From Ardenticatenales bacterium (GTDB taxonomy: Bacteria; Chloroflexota; Anaerolineae; Promineifilales; Promineifilaceae): 64,000 bases of DNA. Numbering within the stretch: position 1 is the stretch's first letter; the number at the start of each line of letters is the position of its first letter. Below the pieces are notes generated by a model that saw only the letters and a program-made list of their open reading frames with translations, searched no databases and was not told the origin of the DNA. Where the stretch lies: contig JACKBL010000001.1 of NCBI GenBank assembly GCA_020634515.1, forward strand, positions 145,268 through 209,267. Reading direction: 5' to 3'. This document shows, in pieces, positions 1 to 8,836 of this stretch. A program made the position numbers and the translations under genes.

Positions 1-2
1 GC

Positions 3-725
3 GGCAAACGCGCCGTTTGCGCCGGGCCGGGCAACCCCCCGGTCGTCGTGGATGAAACCGCGGATATTGAGCAGGCGGGGCGGGACATCGTCATTGGTGG
101 CTCCTTCGACAACAACATCGTCTGCACCACGGAAAAAGAAACACTCGCCGTGGATGCCATCTGCGACGACCTGATCCAGGCCATGACGCGCCACGGGGCG
201 GTGCGCCTCAATCGCTGGCAGTTTGACCGCCTCTGGCGCGCCGTCATCGTCACGGATCGCGGTCCGGGCAAGTACGCGGACATGAACAAGGCCTTCATTG
301 GCAAGAATGCCGCCGTGCTGCTGGCGGAAATCGGCATCAGCGCCGGCCCCGAAGTGCGCCAGATAGTGGCCGAAGTGGACAAAACCCATCCCGCCGTCTG
401 GTCAGAGCAGATGATGCCCATTATGCCCGTCGTGCGCGTCGCCAACGCGGATGAGGCCATTGATCTGGCCGTGGCCGCCGAACATGGCTTCCGCCACACG
501 GCCGTGATGCACTCGAAGAATCTGGACAACCTCAGCCGCATGGCGCGCGAGATCAATTGCAGCATTTTTGTGAAGAACGGGCCTTGCCTGGCGGGACTGG
601 GGTATGGGGGCGAAGGGTACTGCTCGTTTACGATTGCCAGCCCCACCGGCGAAGGGCTGACGGGGCCGCGCAGTTTTAGCCGCTTGCGCCGCTGTACGCT
701 GGTGGATTCTTTTCGGATCGTCTGA
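3..725 (+). CDS. Acylating aldehyde dehydrogenase of BMC type (PduP/EutE-like), C-terminal part; the 5' end lies upstream of the window
   Basis: Frame is open from the window start. Translation ...GNPPVVVDETADIEQAGRDIVIGGSFDNNIVCTTEKE...MMPIMPVVRVANADEAI...CSIFVKNGPCLAGLGYGGEGYCSFTIASPTGEGLT parallels the C-terminal region of PduP/EutE CoA-acylating aldehyde dehydrogenases. It is followed directly by BMC shell genes. Confidence 0.85.
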   Translation, partial: GKRAVCAGPGNPPVVVDETADIEQAGRDIVIGGSFDNNIVCTTEKETLAVDAICDDLIQAMTRHGAVRLNRWQFDRLWRAVIVTDRGPGKYADMNKAFIGKNAAVLLAEIGISAGPEVRQIVAEVDKTHPAVWSEQMMPIMPVVRVANADEAIDLAVAAEHGFRHTAVMHSKNLDNLSRMAREINCSIFVKNGPCLAGLGYGGEGYCSFTIASPTGEGLTGPRSFSRLRRCTLVDSFRIV

Positions 726-731
726 CGTTTT

Positions 732-1316
732 ATGGATTTTCCCGCCCTGGCTCTTCTGGAGTTTAGTAGTATTGCTGCCGGCATTGCCGCTGGTGATGCG
801 ATGGTCAAACATGCGCCCGTGGCCGCCATCCAGACGGGAACCGTGCAGCCCGGCCATTACCTCGTGCTGGTGACGGGGGATGTGGCTTCCGTGGAGGAGG
901 CAGTGAAGGCAGGGCAAGAAATGGGGCGGGAGACGCTGCGGGACCAGGTGTTTTTGCCCAATGTGCATCCCGACGTGGTGCGGGCGCTGGGTGGGCAACG
1001 CCAGGTGCCGGCAGGGGATGCGTTGGGGATTGTGGAAACGGTGGCGGTAGCGGCGGCGATTGGGGCGGGAGATGCCGGCATCAAAGGCGCCGAAGTTGAC
1101 CTCATTCAAATCCGCCTGGCCGATGGTCTTGGCGGCAAAGGCCTCGTCTTCTTCACCGGCCTCGTCTCCGACGTAGAAGCCGCCGTGGAGATCGCCGCCA
1201 CCGCCGCCCAACCACACCTGCTGCGCCAGGTCGTCATCTCCCAACTCCACCCCGACATGCGCCCCAACGTCCATCTCGGCCGCTTCGGCGGCCATTTCGA
1301 CTGGAACCAGGCCTGA
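732..1316 (+). CDS. BMC shell protein with tandem BMC domains (BMC-T)
   Basis: Two Pfam00936-like BMC domains: ALALLEFSSIAAGIAAGDAMVKHAPV... and ALGIVETVAVAAAIGAGDAGIKGAEV.... It sits 7 nt after the aldehyde dehydrogenase stop. Confidence 0.8.
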   Translation: MDFPALALLEFSSIAAGIAAGDAMVKHAPVAAIQTGTVQPGHYLVLVTGDVASVEEAVKAGQEMGRETLRDQVFLPNVHPDVVRALGGQRQVPAGDALGIVETVAVAAAIGAGDAGIKGAEVDLIQIRLADGLGGKGLVFFTGLVSDVEAAVEIAATAAQPHLLRQVVISQLHPDMRPNVHLGRFGGHFDWNQA

Positions 1317-1318
1317 CT

Positions 1319-1594
1319 ATGCAACTCGCGCGCGTCATTGGAACCGTGGTCGCCACGCAGCAGTACGACGGGCTGCGCGGCATCAAATTCCTCATCGTTC
1401 AACCCCTCAACAAACAGCGCCAGCCCACGGGCGAGCCGGTGGTGGCCGCCGACGCCACCGCCCAGGCCGGCCCCGACGAACTTGTCTTTATCGTCGGCAG
1501 CCGCGAAGCCGCCCAGGCCCTGCCCATCACCTTCGTCCCCGTGGACCACGCCATCGTGGGCATCGTGGACGATGTCATGTTGGCGCAACGGTAG
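1319..1594 (+). CDS. BMC vertex protein (BMC-P, EutN/CcmL/PduN family)
   Basis: 91 aa. MQLARVIGTVVATQQYDG..KFLIVQPL is the typical EutN/CcmL N-terminus. It follows BMC-T with a 2-nt gap. Confidence 0.85.
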   Translation: MQLARVIGTVVATQQYDGLRGIKFLIVQPLNKQRQPTGEPVVAADATAQAGPDELVFIVGSREAAQALPITFVPVDHAIVGIVDDVMLAQR

Positions 1595-1624
1595 GGGGCG
1601 GAAGGCGGAAACCAGTTTTCAGAT

Positions 1625-1760
1625 TGGTTCATTCTCCCGGAATGGTAATACTAAAGCTCTCTGGAGATTGGACCAATTCCACGTGCTCAATGGCCATTTT
1701 CACCGGAAAAAATTGGTCCAATCTGGCTTAGCAATTACCGGGAATGAACCAATCTTCGGG
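1625..1760. repeat. Family A dispersed repeat (CCAGATTGGACCAATT core, two inverted copies)
   Basis: ctctggagattggaccaattcc ... aaaattggtccaatctggcttagc. The same ~45-110 bp element recurs at 5768, 13436, 33905, 39790 and 57885. Its core ATTGGaCCAAT is itself a 5-1-5 palindrome. Confidence 0.6.
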
Positions 1761-1768
1761 GAAAAGCG

Positions 1769-2896
1769 ATGTACCAACCCGCCTTGTTTGAAGATTTCGC
1801 GCCGGATATACCTACCGAGGGTATCAAGTATGCTGGATCGAAATTGAAACTCATCCCACATATTCTGCAACTTGCCAGGCAGGTTGAAGCCAGAACCTTA
1901 CTAGATGCGTTTTCAGGAACAACACGTGTTTCGCAGGCATTCGCAAAACTTGGGTACCAGGTTGTTTGCAATGACATCGCTGTCTGGTCCGAAATGTTTG
2001 GCTATGCCTACTTATGCAGCAAAAAAAAGCCCGAGGATTACCAGCCGTTGATTGATCATTTGAATGCGGTGGCTCCCATTGATGGATGGTTTACACAGCA
2101 CTATGGGGGTTTTGCGAATGGCGGGCGTGCTTTGCAGCAAGACGGGCTGAAGAAACCCTGGCAAATTCATAATACACGGAAACTCGATGGTATTCGACAA
2201 GAAATAGAGGCGCTTAACCTTGATGTTATAGACAAAGCAGTTGCACTTTCCAGCTTGATGTTGGCGCTAGATCAGGTGGACAATACGCTCGGGCATTTTG
2301 TATCCTATCTCCGGGATTGGTCTCCGCGTTCGTATAACAACTTGCTGCTCAAAGTGCCGGCAATTTTCTCAACGCCTTGCGAACACCAAGTCTTTCGCAA
2401 AGATGTATTCGAGTTGCTGCCGTATATTGCCGTGGATATTGCCTATCTTGACCCACCCTATGGTTCAAATAATGACAAAATGCCTCCTTCACGGGTGCGT
2501 TACGCTTCGTATTACCATATTTGGACAAGTGTATGTCTGTTTGATGAGCCGGAATTGTTCGGAAAAGCGAAGCGGCGGAAAGACTCCTCTGACAAAGTTT
2601 CTGCGTCTATCTTCGAGGAATTCCGTCAGGACGAGCAAGGAAAATACATTGCGGTCAGCGCAATCGAAAGACTCATTCGTCATATCCAGGCACGCTGGAT
2701 AATCCTGTCGTATAGTTCGGGAGGACGGGCTACTGCTGAAGAGCTTAATAATGTCATTTCCCGTAATGGCAAACTGCTTCAAGTCCTGGAAATTGATTAC
2801 AAAAGCAACGTCATGACCGGTATGAAATGGACACATGAGTGGCTACGAGATATTGAAACCCCTAACCGCGAGTTTTTGTTCCTCATAGAAAAATAG
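1769..2896 (+). CDS. N6-adenine DNA methyltransferase, Dam/D12 class (alpha-type), in a low-GC islet
   Basis: 375 aa. N-terminal IKYAGSKLKLIP and LLDAFSGTTRVSQAF (motif I variant), then the YLDPPYGSNND DPPY motif, in the order typical of Dam/M.EcoRV-like MTases. Local GC is about 45% against about 62% for the window. Confidence 0.85.
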   Translation: MYQPALFEDFAPDIPTEGIKYAGSKLKLIPHILQLARQVEARTLLDAFSGTTRVSQAFAKLGYQVVCNDIAVWSEMFGYAYLCSKKKPEDYQPLIDHLNAVAPIDGWFTQHYGGFANGGRALQQDGLKKPWQIHNTRKLDGIRQEIEALNLDVIDKAVALSSLMLALDQVDNTLGHFVSYLRDWSPRSYNNLLLKVPAIFSTPCEHQVFRKDVFELLPYIAVDIAYLDPPYGSNNDKMPPSRVRYASYYHIWTSVCLFDEPELFGKAKRRKDSSDKVSASIFEEFRQDEQGKYIAVSAIERLIRHIQARWIILSYSSGGRATAEELNNVISRNGKLLQVLEIDYKSNVMTGMKWTHEWLRDIETPNREFLFLIEK

Positions 2897-3034
2897 CCAT
2901 TCCTCCCACATTTTGAATAATGTTGCGCGGCGAGTATTTGAATCCAATGGGGGTTAAATATGAGTAGAGTTGGAAAGGAGACGAAGAAATATAGTGAGCA
3001 GCCACCACAATCCATATAAGGACCTCGAGTCTGG

Positions 3035-3138
3035 CGAAATCCACATATGGTGATCGGAGTCGAGGCTTTAGCCGGGTCAAACCCCATATGTGGGCCGGCT
3101 GAAGCCTCCACTCCCAAAAACGCCAGAGTCCAGTAAGG
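3035..3138. repeat. Family C MITE-like element (~100 bp, CTGGCG...CGCCAG termini)
   Basis: ctggcgaaatccacatatggtgatcggagtcgaggctttagccgggtcaaaccccatatgtgggccggctgaagcctccactcccaaaaacgccag. Near-identical copies occur at 46313-46412 (inverted) and 62950-63068. The internal inverted repeat is ggagtcgaggctttagccgg/ccggctgaagcctccactcc. Confidence 0.7.
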
Positions 3139-3599
3139 ACTTCACTAACCGCCTTAAATTGTTGATTAGCAAGCACCCCGATCTCATCGTAACGACCCTC
3201 AGTAACATCTTTACAATGCGTTTCATAGGCAACAAAACGCACGGCGATTTACATGTTGGAAAAGAGTTATATCGGGCAAAATCACAAGAAGAGGACGTGA
3301 CATTTTCAACGAACTTACAGAAGCCAAGTTTCCGCTTAGTAACCGCCCGTGTAACTACTAACGGTTATTTGGTCAAATCTGCGCTTTAATTGTGTTCATC
3401 TCCTCAATCAGGCACGAAGTGTTAACGGGTTACGGAAGGAAATCATCTTTCAATTGAAGTGTACTACTATCATGTCAAGGGTATTTTGATGGGAAACCAT
3501 GGGTCAATTCGCTGAATTGACCGGACAAGACAGCGTCTTGTCCTACGGCGCGTTTCCATCGTTTTATGCTTGACGGCACACTACTTTGAGTGGAGAAGA

Positions 3600-3866
3600 A
3601 TGTACATTGGCGAAGTGACAGGCACGGTGGTGGCGACGATTAAGCATGAGGCCTTTTTTGGGCGCAAGCTGTTACTGGTGGACCGCCTGGGGCTGGATGG
3701 ACAGCCCACGGGGGAGTATGATATTTGCGTGGATGTGGTGCAGGCGGGGGTGGGGGATCGCGTTTTGGTGCTGGATGAGGGGAATGGCGCGCGCCAGATT
3801 TTGGGGCGCAAGGTTGCGCCCGTGCGCGCCGTGATCGTGGGGGTGGTGGACGCGGTTGATCTGTAG
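3600..3866 (+). CDS. BMC vertex protein (BMC-P, EutN/CcmL/PduN family), second copy
   Basis: MYIGEVTGTVVATIKHEAFFGRKLLLVDRL...VRAVIVGVVDAVDL. ATG at 3600 is preceded by GGAGAAG. The longer track ORF from 3570 lacks an RBS. Confidence 0.8.
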   Translation: MYIGEVTGTVVATIKHEAFFGRKLLLVDRLGLDGQPTGEYDICVDVVQAGVGDRVLVLDEGNGARQILGRKVAPVRAVIVGVVDAVDL

Positions 3867-3941
3867 GCGGGAAAAACCGGAAAAACCGGGTTTTTTGAAA
3901 CCGGGAAAAACCGGGTTTTTTGGAAAAACCCGGTTTTTGGG
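3867..3941. terminator. Bidirectional terminator-like palindromic cluster (AAAAACCGGGTTTTT / AAAAACCCGGTTTTT units)
   Basis: Three mutually complementary units lie between convergent genes (BMC-P ends 3866, mutase ends 3942). A related pair occurs at 55905-56000. Confidence 0.6.
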
Positions 3942-5594
3942 TTACTGATTGGGCCGGTATTCTCCCCACAGGTCGCGTAGGGTGTGGCAGATTTCGCCCA
4001 GGGTGACGTTGTTTTCCACGCAGGCGAGGAAGTGGGGCATCAGGTTTTGGTCGGATTCGGCGGCGGCGCGCAGGTCGGCGCGGAGGGCGGTGACGCGCTC
4101 CTGGTCGCGGCTGGCGCGCAACTGGGCCAGACGCGCCCGCTGTTCGGCTTCCACGGCGGGGTCGATGCGCAGGATTTGTGGCGTGTGCGTTTCCGCTTCC
4201 ACGAATTCATTGACGCCGACGACGATTTCTTGCCGGCATTCCATATCCCGCTGAAACTGATAAGCCGCGTCTTCGATTTCGTGATGGGCGTAGCCGGACT
4301 CAATCGCCGTTAGCATCCCTCCCATCTCGTCAATGTCGCGCAAATACGCCGCCGCCCGATTCTCCAACTCATCCGTGAGATATTCAATGAAATAAGAACC
4401 GGCCAGTGGGTCCACCGTGTCGGCGGCGCCGCTTTCGTTGGCGATGATCTGCTGCGTGCGCAGGGCCACGCGCACCGCCTGCTCCGTGGGCAACCCCAGG
4501 GCCTCATCCATGCTGTTGGTGTGCAGGCTTTGCGTGCCGCCCAGAACGGCGGCCAGCGCCTGCGTGGTGACGCGGACGATGTTGTTTTCCGGCTGCTGCG
4601 CCGTGAGCGTGCTGCCGGCCGTTTGCGTGTGGAAGCGTAACTGCCAGCTTTTGGGATTTTTGGCCCCAAAGCGGTGGCGCATGATTTTGGCCCAGAGGCG
4701 GCGGGCGGCGCGGAACTTGGCGACTTCCTCCAGGAAGTTGTTGTGGACGTTGAAGAAGAAGGAAATCTGGTCGGCGAAGTCATCCACATCCAGGCCGGCA
4801 TCGAGGGCGGCCTGCACGTAGGCGATGCCGTCGCCGAGGGTGAAGGCGACCTCTTGCGCGGCGGTGCTGCCGGCTTCGCGGATGTGGTAGCCGGAGACGG
4901 AAATGGTGTTCCAGCGGGGGACTTCGCGGGCGCAGTAGTCGAAGATGTCGGTGATCAGGCGCATGGAGGGGCGCGGGGGGAAGATGTAGGTTCCGCGCGC
5001 CAGGTACTCCTTGAGGATGTCGTTTTGGATGGTGCCGCGTAGTTTGGTGAAGGGGACGCCTTGTTGCCGCGCCACGGCCAGGACCATGGCCAGGAGAATG
5101 CCGGCAGGCGCGTTAATCGTCATGCTAATGCTCACCCTGTCCAGGGGAATGCCGTCCAGCAGCGTACACATGTCCTGCAAGCTGGAAATGCTCACGCCCA
5201 CTTTGCCCACTTCCCCCATGGCCATGGGGTCGTCGGCGTCGTAGCCGATTTGCGTGGGCAGGTCGAAAGCGACGGAGAGGCCCATCTGGCCGCGGCTGAG
5301 GAGGTATTTGTAGCGTTCGTTGGATTCGGCGGCGGTGCCGAAGCCGGCATACTGGCGCATGGTCCAGAATCGCCCGCGGTACATGGTGGGTTGGACGCCG
5401 CGGGTGAAGGGGTATTCACCGGGAAAGCCAAGTTTGTCGGCGTAGTCGGGGTCGGGGTCGGGGGGGAGGTAAAGGCGGTTGACGGAAATGCCGGCACGTG
5501 TCTCAAACGACTCTTTCCGCTCAGGGAAACGCCGTAACACCGGCTGCAAAGTTTCCTGCTCCCACTGCTGTTTCTGCTCTTCTAACGTCATCAT
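3942..5594 (-). CDS. Methylmalonyl-CoA mutase, catalytic (N-terminal/large) subunit without B12-binding domain
   Basis: Long match to the MCM catalytic domain, e.g. [61 protein letters not shown]. Start taken at MMTLEEQ (ATG 5594) with an AAGGA RBS. The track ORF extends to 5732. Confidence 0.9.
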   Translation of the reverse strand: MMTLEEQKQQWEQETLQPVLRRFPERKESFETRAGISVNRLYLPPDPDPDYADKLGFPGEYPFTRGVQPTMYRGRFWTMRQYAGFGTAAESNERYKYLLSRGQMGLSVAFDLPTQIGYDADDPMAMGEVGKVGVSISSLQDMCTLLDGIPLDRVSISMTINAPAGILLAMVLAVARQQGVPFTKLRGTIQNDILKEYLARGTYIFPPRPSMRLITDIFDYCAREVPRWNTISVSGYHIREAGSTAAQEVAFTLGDGIAYVQAALDAGLDVDDFADQISFFFNVHNNFLEEVAKFRAARRLWAKIMRHRFGAKNPKSWQLRFHTQTAGSTLTAQQPENNIVRVTTQALAAVLGGTQSLHTNSMDEALGLPTEQAVRVALRTQQIIANESGAADTVDPLAGSYFIEYLTDELENRAAAYLRDIDEMGGMLTAIESGYAHHEIEDAAYQFQRDMECRQEIVVGVNEFVEAETHTPQILRIDPAVEAEQRARLAQLRASRDQERVTALRADLRAAAESDQNLMPHFLACVENNVTLGEICHTLRDLWGEYRPNQ

Positions 5595-5767
5595 CTTATC
5601 CTTCAGGTGCGTTGGCGCCGTGGCGCGCCCGGCGCGAAGAACGCACGGCGCAAGAATTATCGAGGCTATTGTAGTAGAGAGTGGGAAAATGAGGCAACGC
5701 CAAATGCCACGCCCCCGCCTGACAAACGTCACGCACCGGGAATAAGTTCAGTCCCAATGGAAAGTAA

Positions 5768-5832
5768 CCCTAACCGCCAGGTCAAATTGGTCCAATCTCC
5801 AGAGCGCGTTAGTAGTTACAAGTAACCGCTGC
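5768..5832. repeat. Family A repeat (half copy)
   Basis: aaattggtccaatctccagagcgcgttagtagttacaagtaaccgctgcc. Confidence 0.5.
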
Positions 5833-5859
5833 CATGCCGTGTACTCTAATCCTCTCAAA

Positions 5860-5880
5860 TGTCATGGGAAAATCATGACA
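5860..5880. promoter_or_regulatory. Perfect 7-7-7 palindrome TGTCATG-N7-CATGACA upstream of the cytochrome gene (candidate operator)
   Basis: tgtcatgggaaaatcatgaca lies about 130 nt upstream of the 6012 start, in a divergent intergenic region. Confidence 0.35.
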
Positions 5881-6011
5881 TCCGTCAGTTGCACAGCCAT
5901 TCCTCATCCTTTACGGTGCGAGAATATGGGAAATGTGCTTTCCACCGTTGTCCCCCCGTCAAGTTATTTCTCCTGCTCGTTTGAACCGGGCGCTAGCTGG
6001 GAGGTCCCCTC

Positions 6012-8831
6012 ATGAGTGCGAAGAAAGCCTTTGTCTTCTTGTTGTTGTTACTCGGCCTGACTGCCACGGCTGTGACCTATGCCTGGGAGCCGGTTCCCGT
6101 AAGCGAAGATCCCCTGGTTCGTATGCCAGGCACGCAGCCGGAACAGAACGTGTATCTGCCAAATTCAGACCAATGCTACAATTGTCATGGTGATTACGAT
6201 CCGGTCGTCGAACCGTGGCGCAATTGGTCAGGTTCGATGATGGCGCAAGCCTTGCGCGACTTTTTGTTTTGGCCTGCTACCACCGTCGCGGCGCAAGACG
6301 CCGTGTGGGCTGTGGGCGGACCTAATGCCACGGACATTTGCCTGCGCTGCCACACGCCAATTGGATGGCTGGGCGGACGGTCCGATCCTACTAACGGGTC
6401 GCTGTTGAGCGACGCGGATTTCGATGCTGTGCAATGCACATTTTGCCATCGGATGTACGATCCGTTTTTTGATACGACTTATGCCGGCACTCGTGAAGGC
6501 GATGACTGGTCCGGCTATTGGGATGAAACCGACGCCAGCGACATGCCATCCAGCGCCGCGGCATGGGAAACCTATCTCCAGGATAGCGTGGAAGCAGCCC
6601 ACATCACCCTGTTCAACGGACAATCATTTTTTGTCAACAACCAGCCGCCGGCCGGCTACATCGAAAATGGCGGCGGACAGTACTTTGTTAGCGATCAGAA
6701 CTTGAGACGCGCCTCGTTTGCTGATGCCGAGGCCAATCATGGTATGCTTTACAGTCGTTATCACAAGAGCAAGTACTTTTGCAGCACCTGCCACGATGTC
6801 TCCAATCCAGTTCTGCTCAACCTCAACGCCAACCCACAAGAGCCGTTGCCTAGCGAAACAGTGCCCGCTTACAGCTACTATCACGTGGAACGCACCTTCT
6901 CTGAGTTCATGCTTTCCGCTTATGGGCAGGCGGGGGGCGCGCCAGGTGTGGGGCCGTTTGCGCCGGAAATCTTCGATACGTCGCATCCCGGCGATGTCAT
7001 TGCCTCTTGTCAGGATTGCCACCTGCGGGACATGCCCGGCAAGGGGGCTGACAAGAATGGCGCTGTCTTACGCCCGGTAGAAAGTGTTGAGCACCCACAG
7101 AGTGGCGTTCCTCAGCACGACCTGACGGGTGGCAATATGTGGGTGCCAGCCATATTGGCCAGCACAGTGCCCGGTTCACCCAATTACGACAGCGTCAATG
7201 ATGCTTTGCTCAATCAGGGGCCAGAATTACTGACGCTTGATCTGAATGCCGGCCTGGGGTTAGACCCGGATGCATTGTTGGCCGGTGTAGCGCGCGCGCA
7301 GCAAAATCTGCACGATGCTGCCGGCATCACGGACTTCCTTTATGAGCCGGGGAGTGGCGAGGTTTCATTCCGGCTGCAAAATCAAACCGGCCACAAACTG
7401 TTGTCCGGCTTTCCCGAAGGTCGCCGCATGTTCGTGAACATCAGGGCCTATGTCGGCGAAGCGTTGCTTTGGGAAGTCAACCCCTATGATGAAACCGTGG
7501 GGACATTGAAGGGTTTACCGCCGGCCTATTCACCGGATAGCCCGCCCCTGGCGGAACATGAGTTTTACGTAGATGCGTTGGTCTACGAAGTTCATCTGTC
7601 CAGTGACCTTACGGGGGAAGAAAAGACGTTCCACGTGGCTTTGAGTACACACCGCGACAAAGATAATCGTATTCCGCCGCGCGGCTTTCTGATTGATGAG
7701 GCTGCCGCGCGGCTGGTGGATCCGGCATGGATGGGTTCCTCGGCGCCGGATTACTTCACGGCGGCGGAATATGCGGGTGGATATGACGCCGTTACCTTGA
7801 GTGACTATGGCATCGCCTTGCCTGGAGCAGACCGGGTGGAGGTTTACCTCTACTACCAGACAACCAGCCGCGAGTACGTGACGTTCTTGCGCGACGAGAT
7901 CAACGGGACGGGTAATCTAACGTTGTGGAACCCGCCTCCTTCTGGGGAACCGGAAGCATACATTGCGCAGACAGACCCCTTCTTCGCACAATTGGCTGCC
8001 TGGGGAGACACGGTCTGGCAATTATGGGAGCATAATCGGGACTTGCCGGGCGCCGCGCCTGTGTTCATGGTGGGTGCGTCCTGGCAACTCGTTCAAGATG
8101 ATGGCTATGCCGTGCAATATGATGGTTGGCGCGGCGGCGAAGACGCGGACGCATTTGGTGGCGGTTTCCGCGCGGCGGATGCTGCCGGTCAATGGATTGT
8201 CTATCGCGCAACGCAACCATCCAACTACGTGACTTTGCTCGTCTGCCGCGGGCCTGATCAAGGATTGGCCTACCCGCTGATTGACGGGCAGTTCCAGGGG
8301 ATATTGGATCTGTATGCGCCAACTGCCGGTTGTCAGGAGGCGGTGACTTACACCGGATTAACGCCAACGCCGCACACGGTTGTGGTGCTGGCTTCTGGCC
8401 TGGGCAATCCCCATGCGACGGGCAGTGAGGTGCGTCTGGATGGCTTTGGGAGCGGGGGGGGAGTGGTAGATGACGACAGTCCGGCTGTGATCTACGGTTC
8501 CTGGAGCGGCATGGAATTGCCTCAGGCGAGCGGCGGTACGCTGCGGATGGCCACGCGGGCGAATGCCGGCATTACATTTAATGTCACCGGCGATCGCGTC
8601 GTCTGGTTATCGGCGTTTTGTCCTGTTTGCGGCGAAGCAGCGCTGTACGTGGATGACGTCTACCAGGCGACGGTAGATACATACAGTCCAACCTGGCTAT
8701 TCCAGCAGTCGGTTGTCGTCGCGGACTTGCCGCCGGGCGCACACAGTATCGAAATTCGGGCGACGGGCACCAAGAATCCTGCTTCCGCCGGCACGCTCGT
8801 CGTCTTTGACGGTTTCGCGTCGGTCCCCTAA
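6012..8831 (+). CDS. Secreted multi-haem c-type cytochrome (5 CXXCH) with a large C-terminal domain of unknown function
   Basis: Signal peptide MSAKKAFVFLLLLLGLTATAVTYA. Haem-binding motifs CYNCH, CLRCH, CTFCH, CSTCH and CQDCH all fall in the first ~360 aa. The remaining ~580 aa have no recognisable motifs. Confidence 0.8.
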   Translation: MSAKKAFVFLLLLLGLTATAVTYAWEPVPVSEDPLVRMPGTQPEQNVYLPNSDQCYNCHGDYDPVVEPWRNWSGSMMAQALRDFLFWPATTVAAQDAVWAVGGPNATDICLRCHTPIGWLGGRSDPTNGSLLSDADFDAVQCTFCHRMYDPFFDTTYAGTREGDDWSGYWDETDASDMPSSAAAWETYLQDSVEAAHITLFNGQSFFVNNQPPAGYIENGGGQYFVSDQNLRRASFADAEANHGMLYSRYHKSKYFCSTCHDVSNPVLLNLNANPQEPLPSETVPAYSYYHVERTFSEFMLSAYGQAGGAPGVGPFAPEIFDTSHPGDVIASCQDCHLRDMPGKGADKNGAVLRPVESVEHPQSGVPQHDLTGGNMWVPAILASTVPGSPNYDSVNDALLNQGPELLTLDLNAGLGLDPDALLAGVARAQQNLHDAAGITDFLYEPGSGEVSFRLQNQTGHKLLSGFPEGRRMFVNIRAYVGEALLWEVNPYDETVGTLKGLPPAYSPDSPPLAEHEFYVDALVYEVHLSSDLTGEEKTFHVALSTHRDKDNRIPPRGFLIDEAAARLVDPAWMGSSAPDYFTAAEYAGGYDAVTLSDYGIALPGADRVEVYLYYQTTSREYVTFLRDEINGTGNLTLWNPPPSGEPEAYIAQTDPFFAQLAAWGDTVWQLWEHNRDLPGAAPVFMVGASWQLVQDDGYAVQYDGWRGGEDADAFGGGFRAADAAGQWIVYRATQPSNYVTLLVCRGPDQGLAYPLIDGQFQGILDLYAPTAGCQEAVTYTGLTPTPHTVVVLASGLGNPHATGSEVRLDGFGSGGGVVDDDSPAVIYGSWSGMELPQASGGTLRMATRANAGITFNVTGDRVVWLSAFCPVCGEAALYVDDVYQATVDTYSPTWLFQQSVVVADLPPGAHSIEIRATGTKNPASAGTLVVFDGFASVP

Positions 8832-8836
8832 CGCGC

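Noticed and set aside
402-1588. Several long minus-strand ORFs (297, 160, 82 aa) across the BMC genes
   Set aside because: They are antisense to well-supported BMC-associated aldehyde dehydrogenase and shell genes. They have biased G/R/H composition and no RBS.
2883-3242. 119-aa minus-strand ORF overlapping the MITE and the methyltransferase 3' end
   Set aside because: It contains the MITE-derived peptide WRLQPAHIWGLTRLKPRLRSPYVDFARL shared by all copies of the repeat, so it is repeat-encoded rather than a gene.
3090-3389. 99-aa ORF downstream of the methyltransferase, a candidate restriction endonuclease
   Set aside because: Its N-terminal third is the translated Family C MITE (MGRLKPPLPKTPESS...). 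The rest has no RBS and no recognisable nuclease motifs. At most it is debris of a decayed gene.
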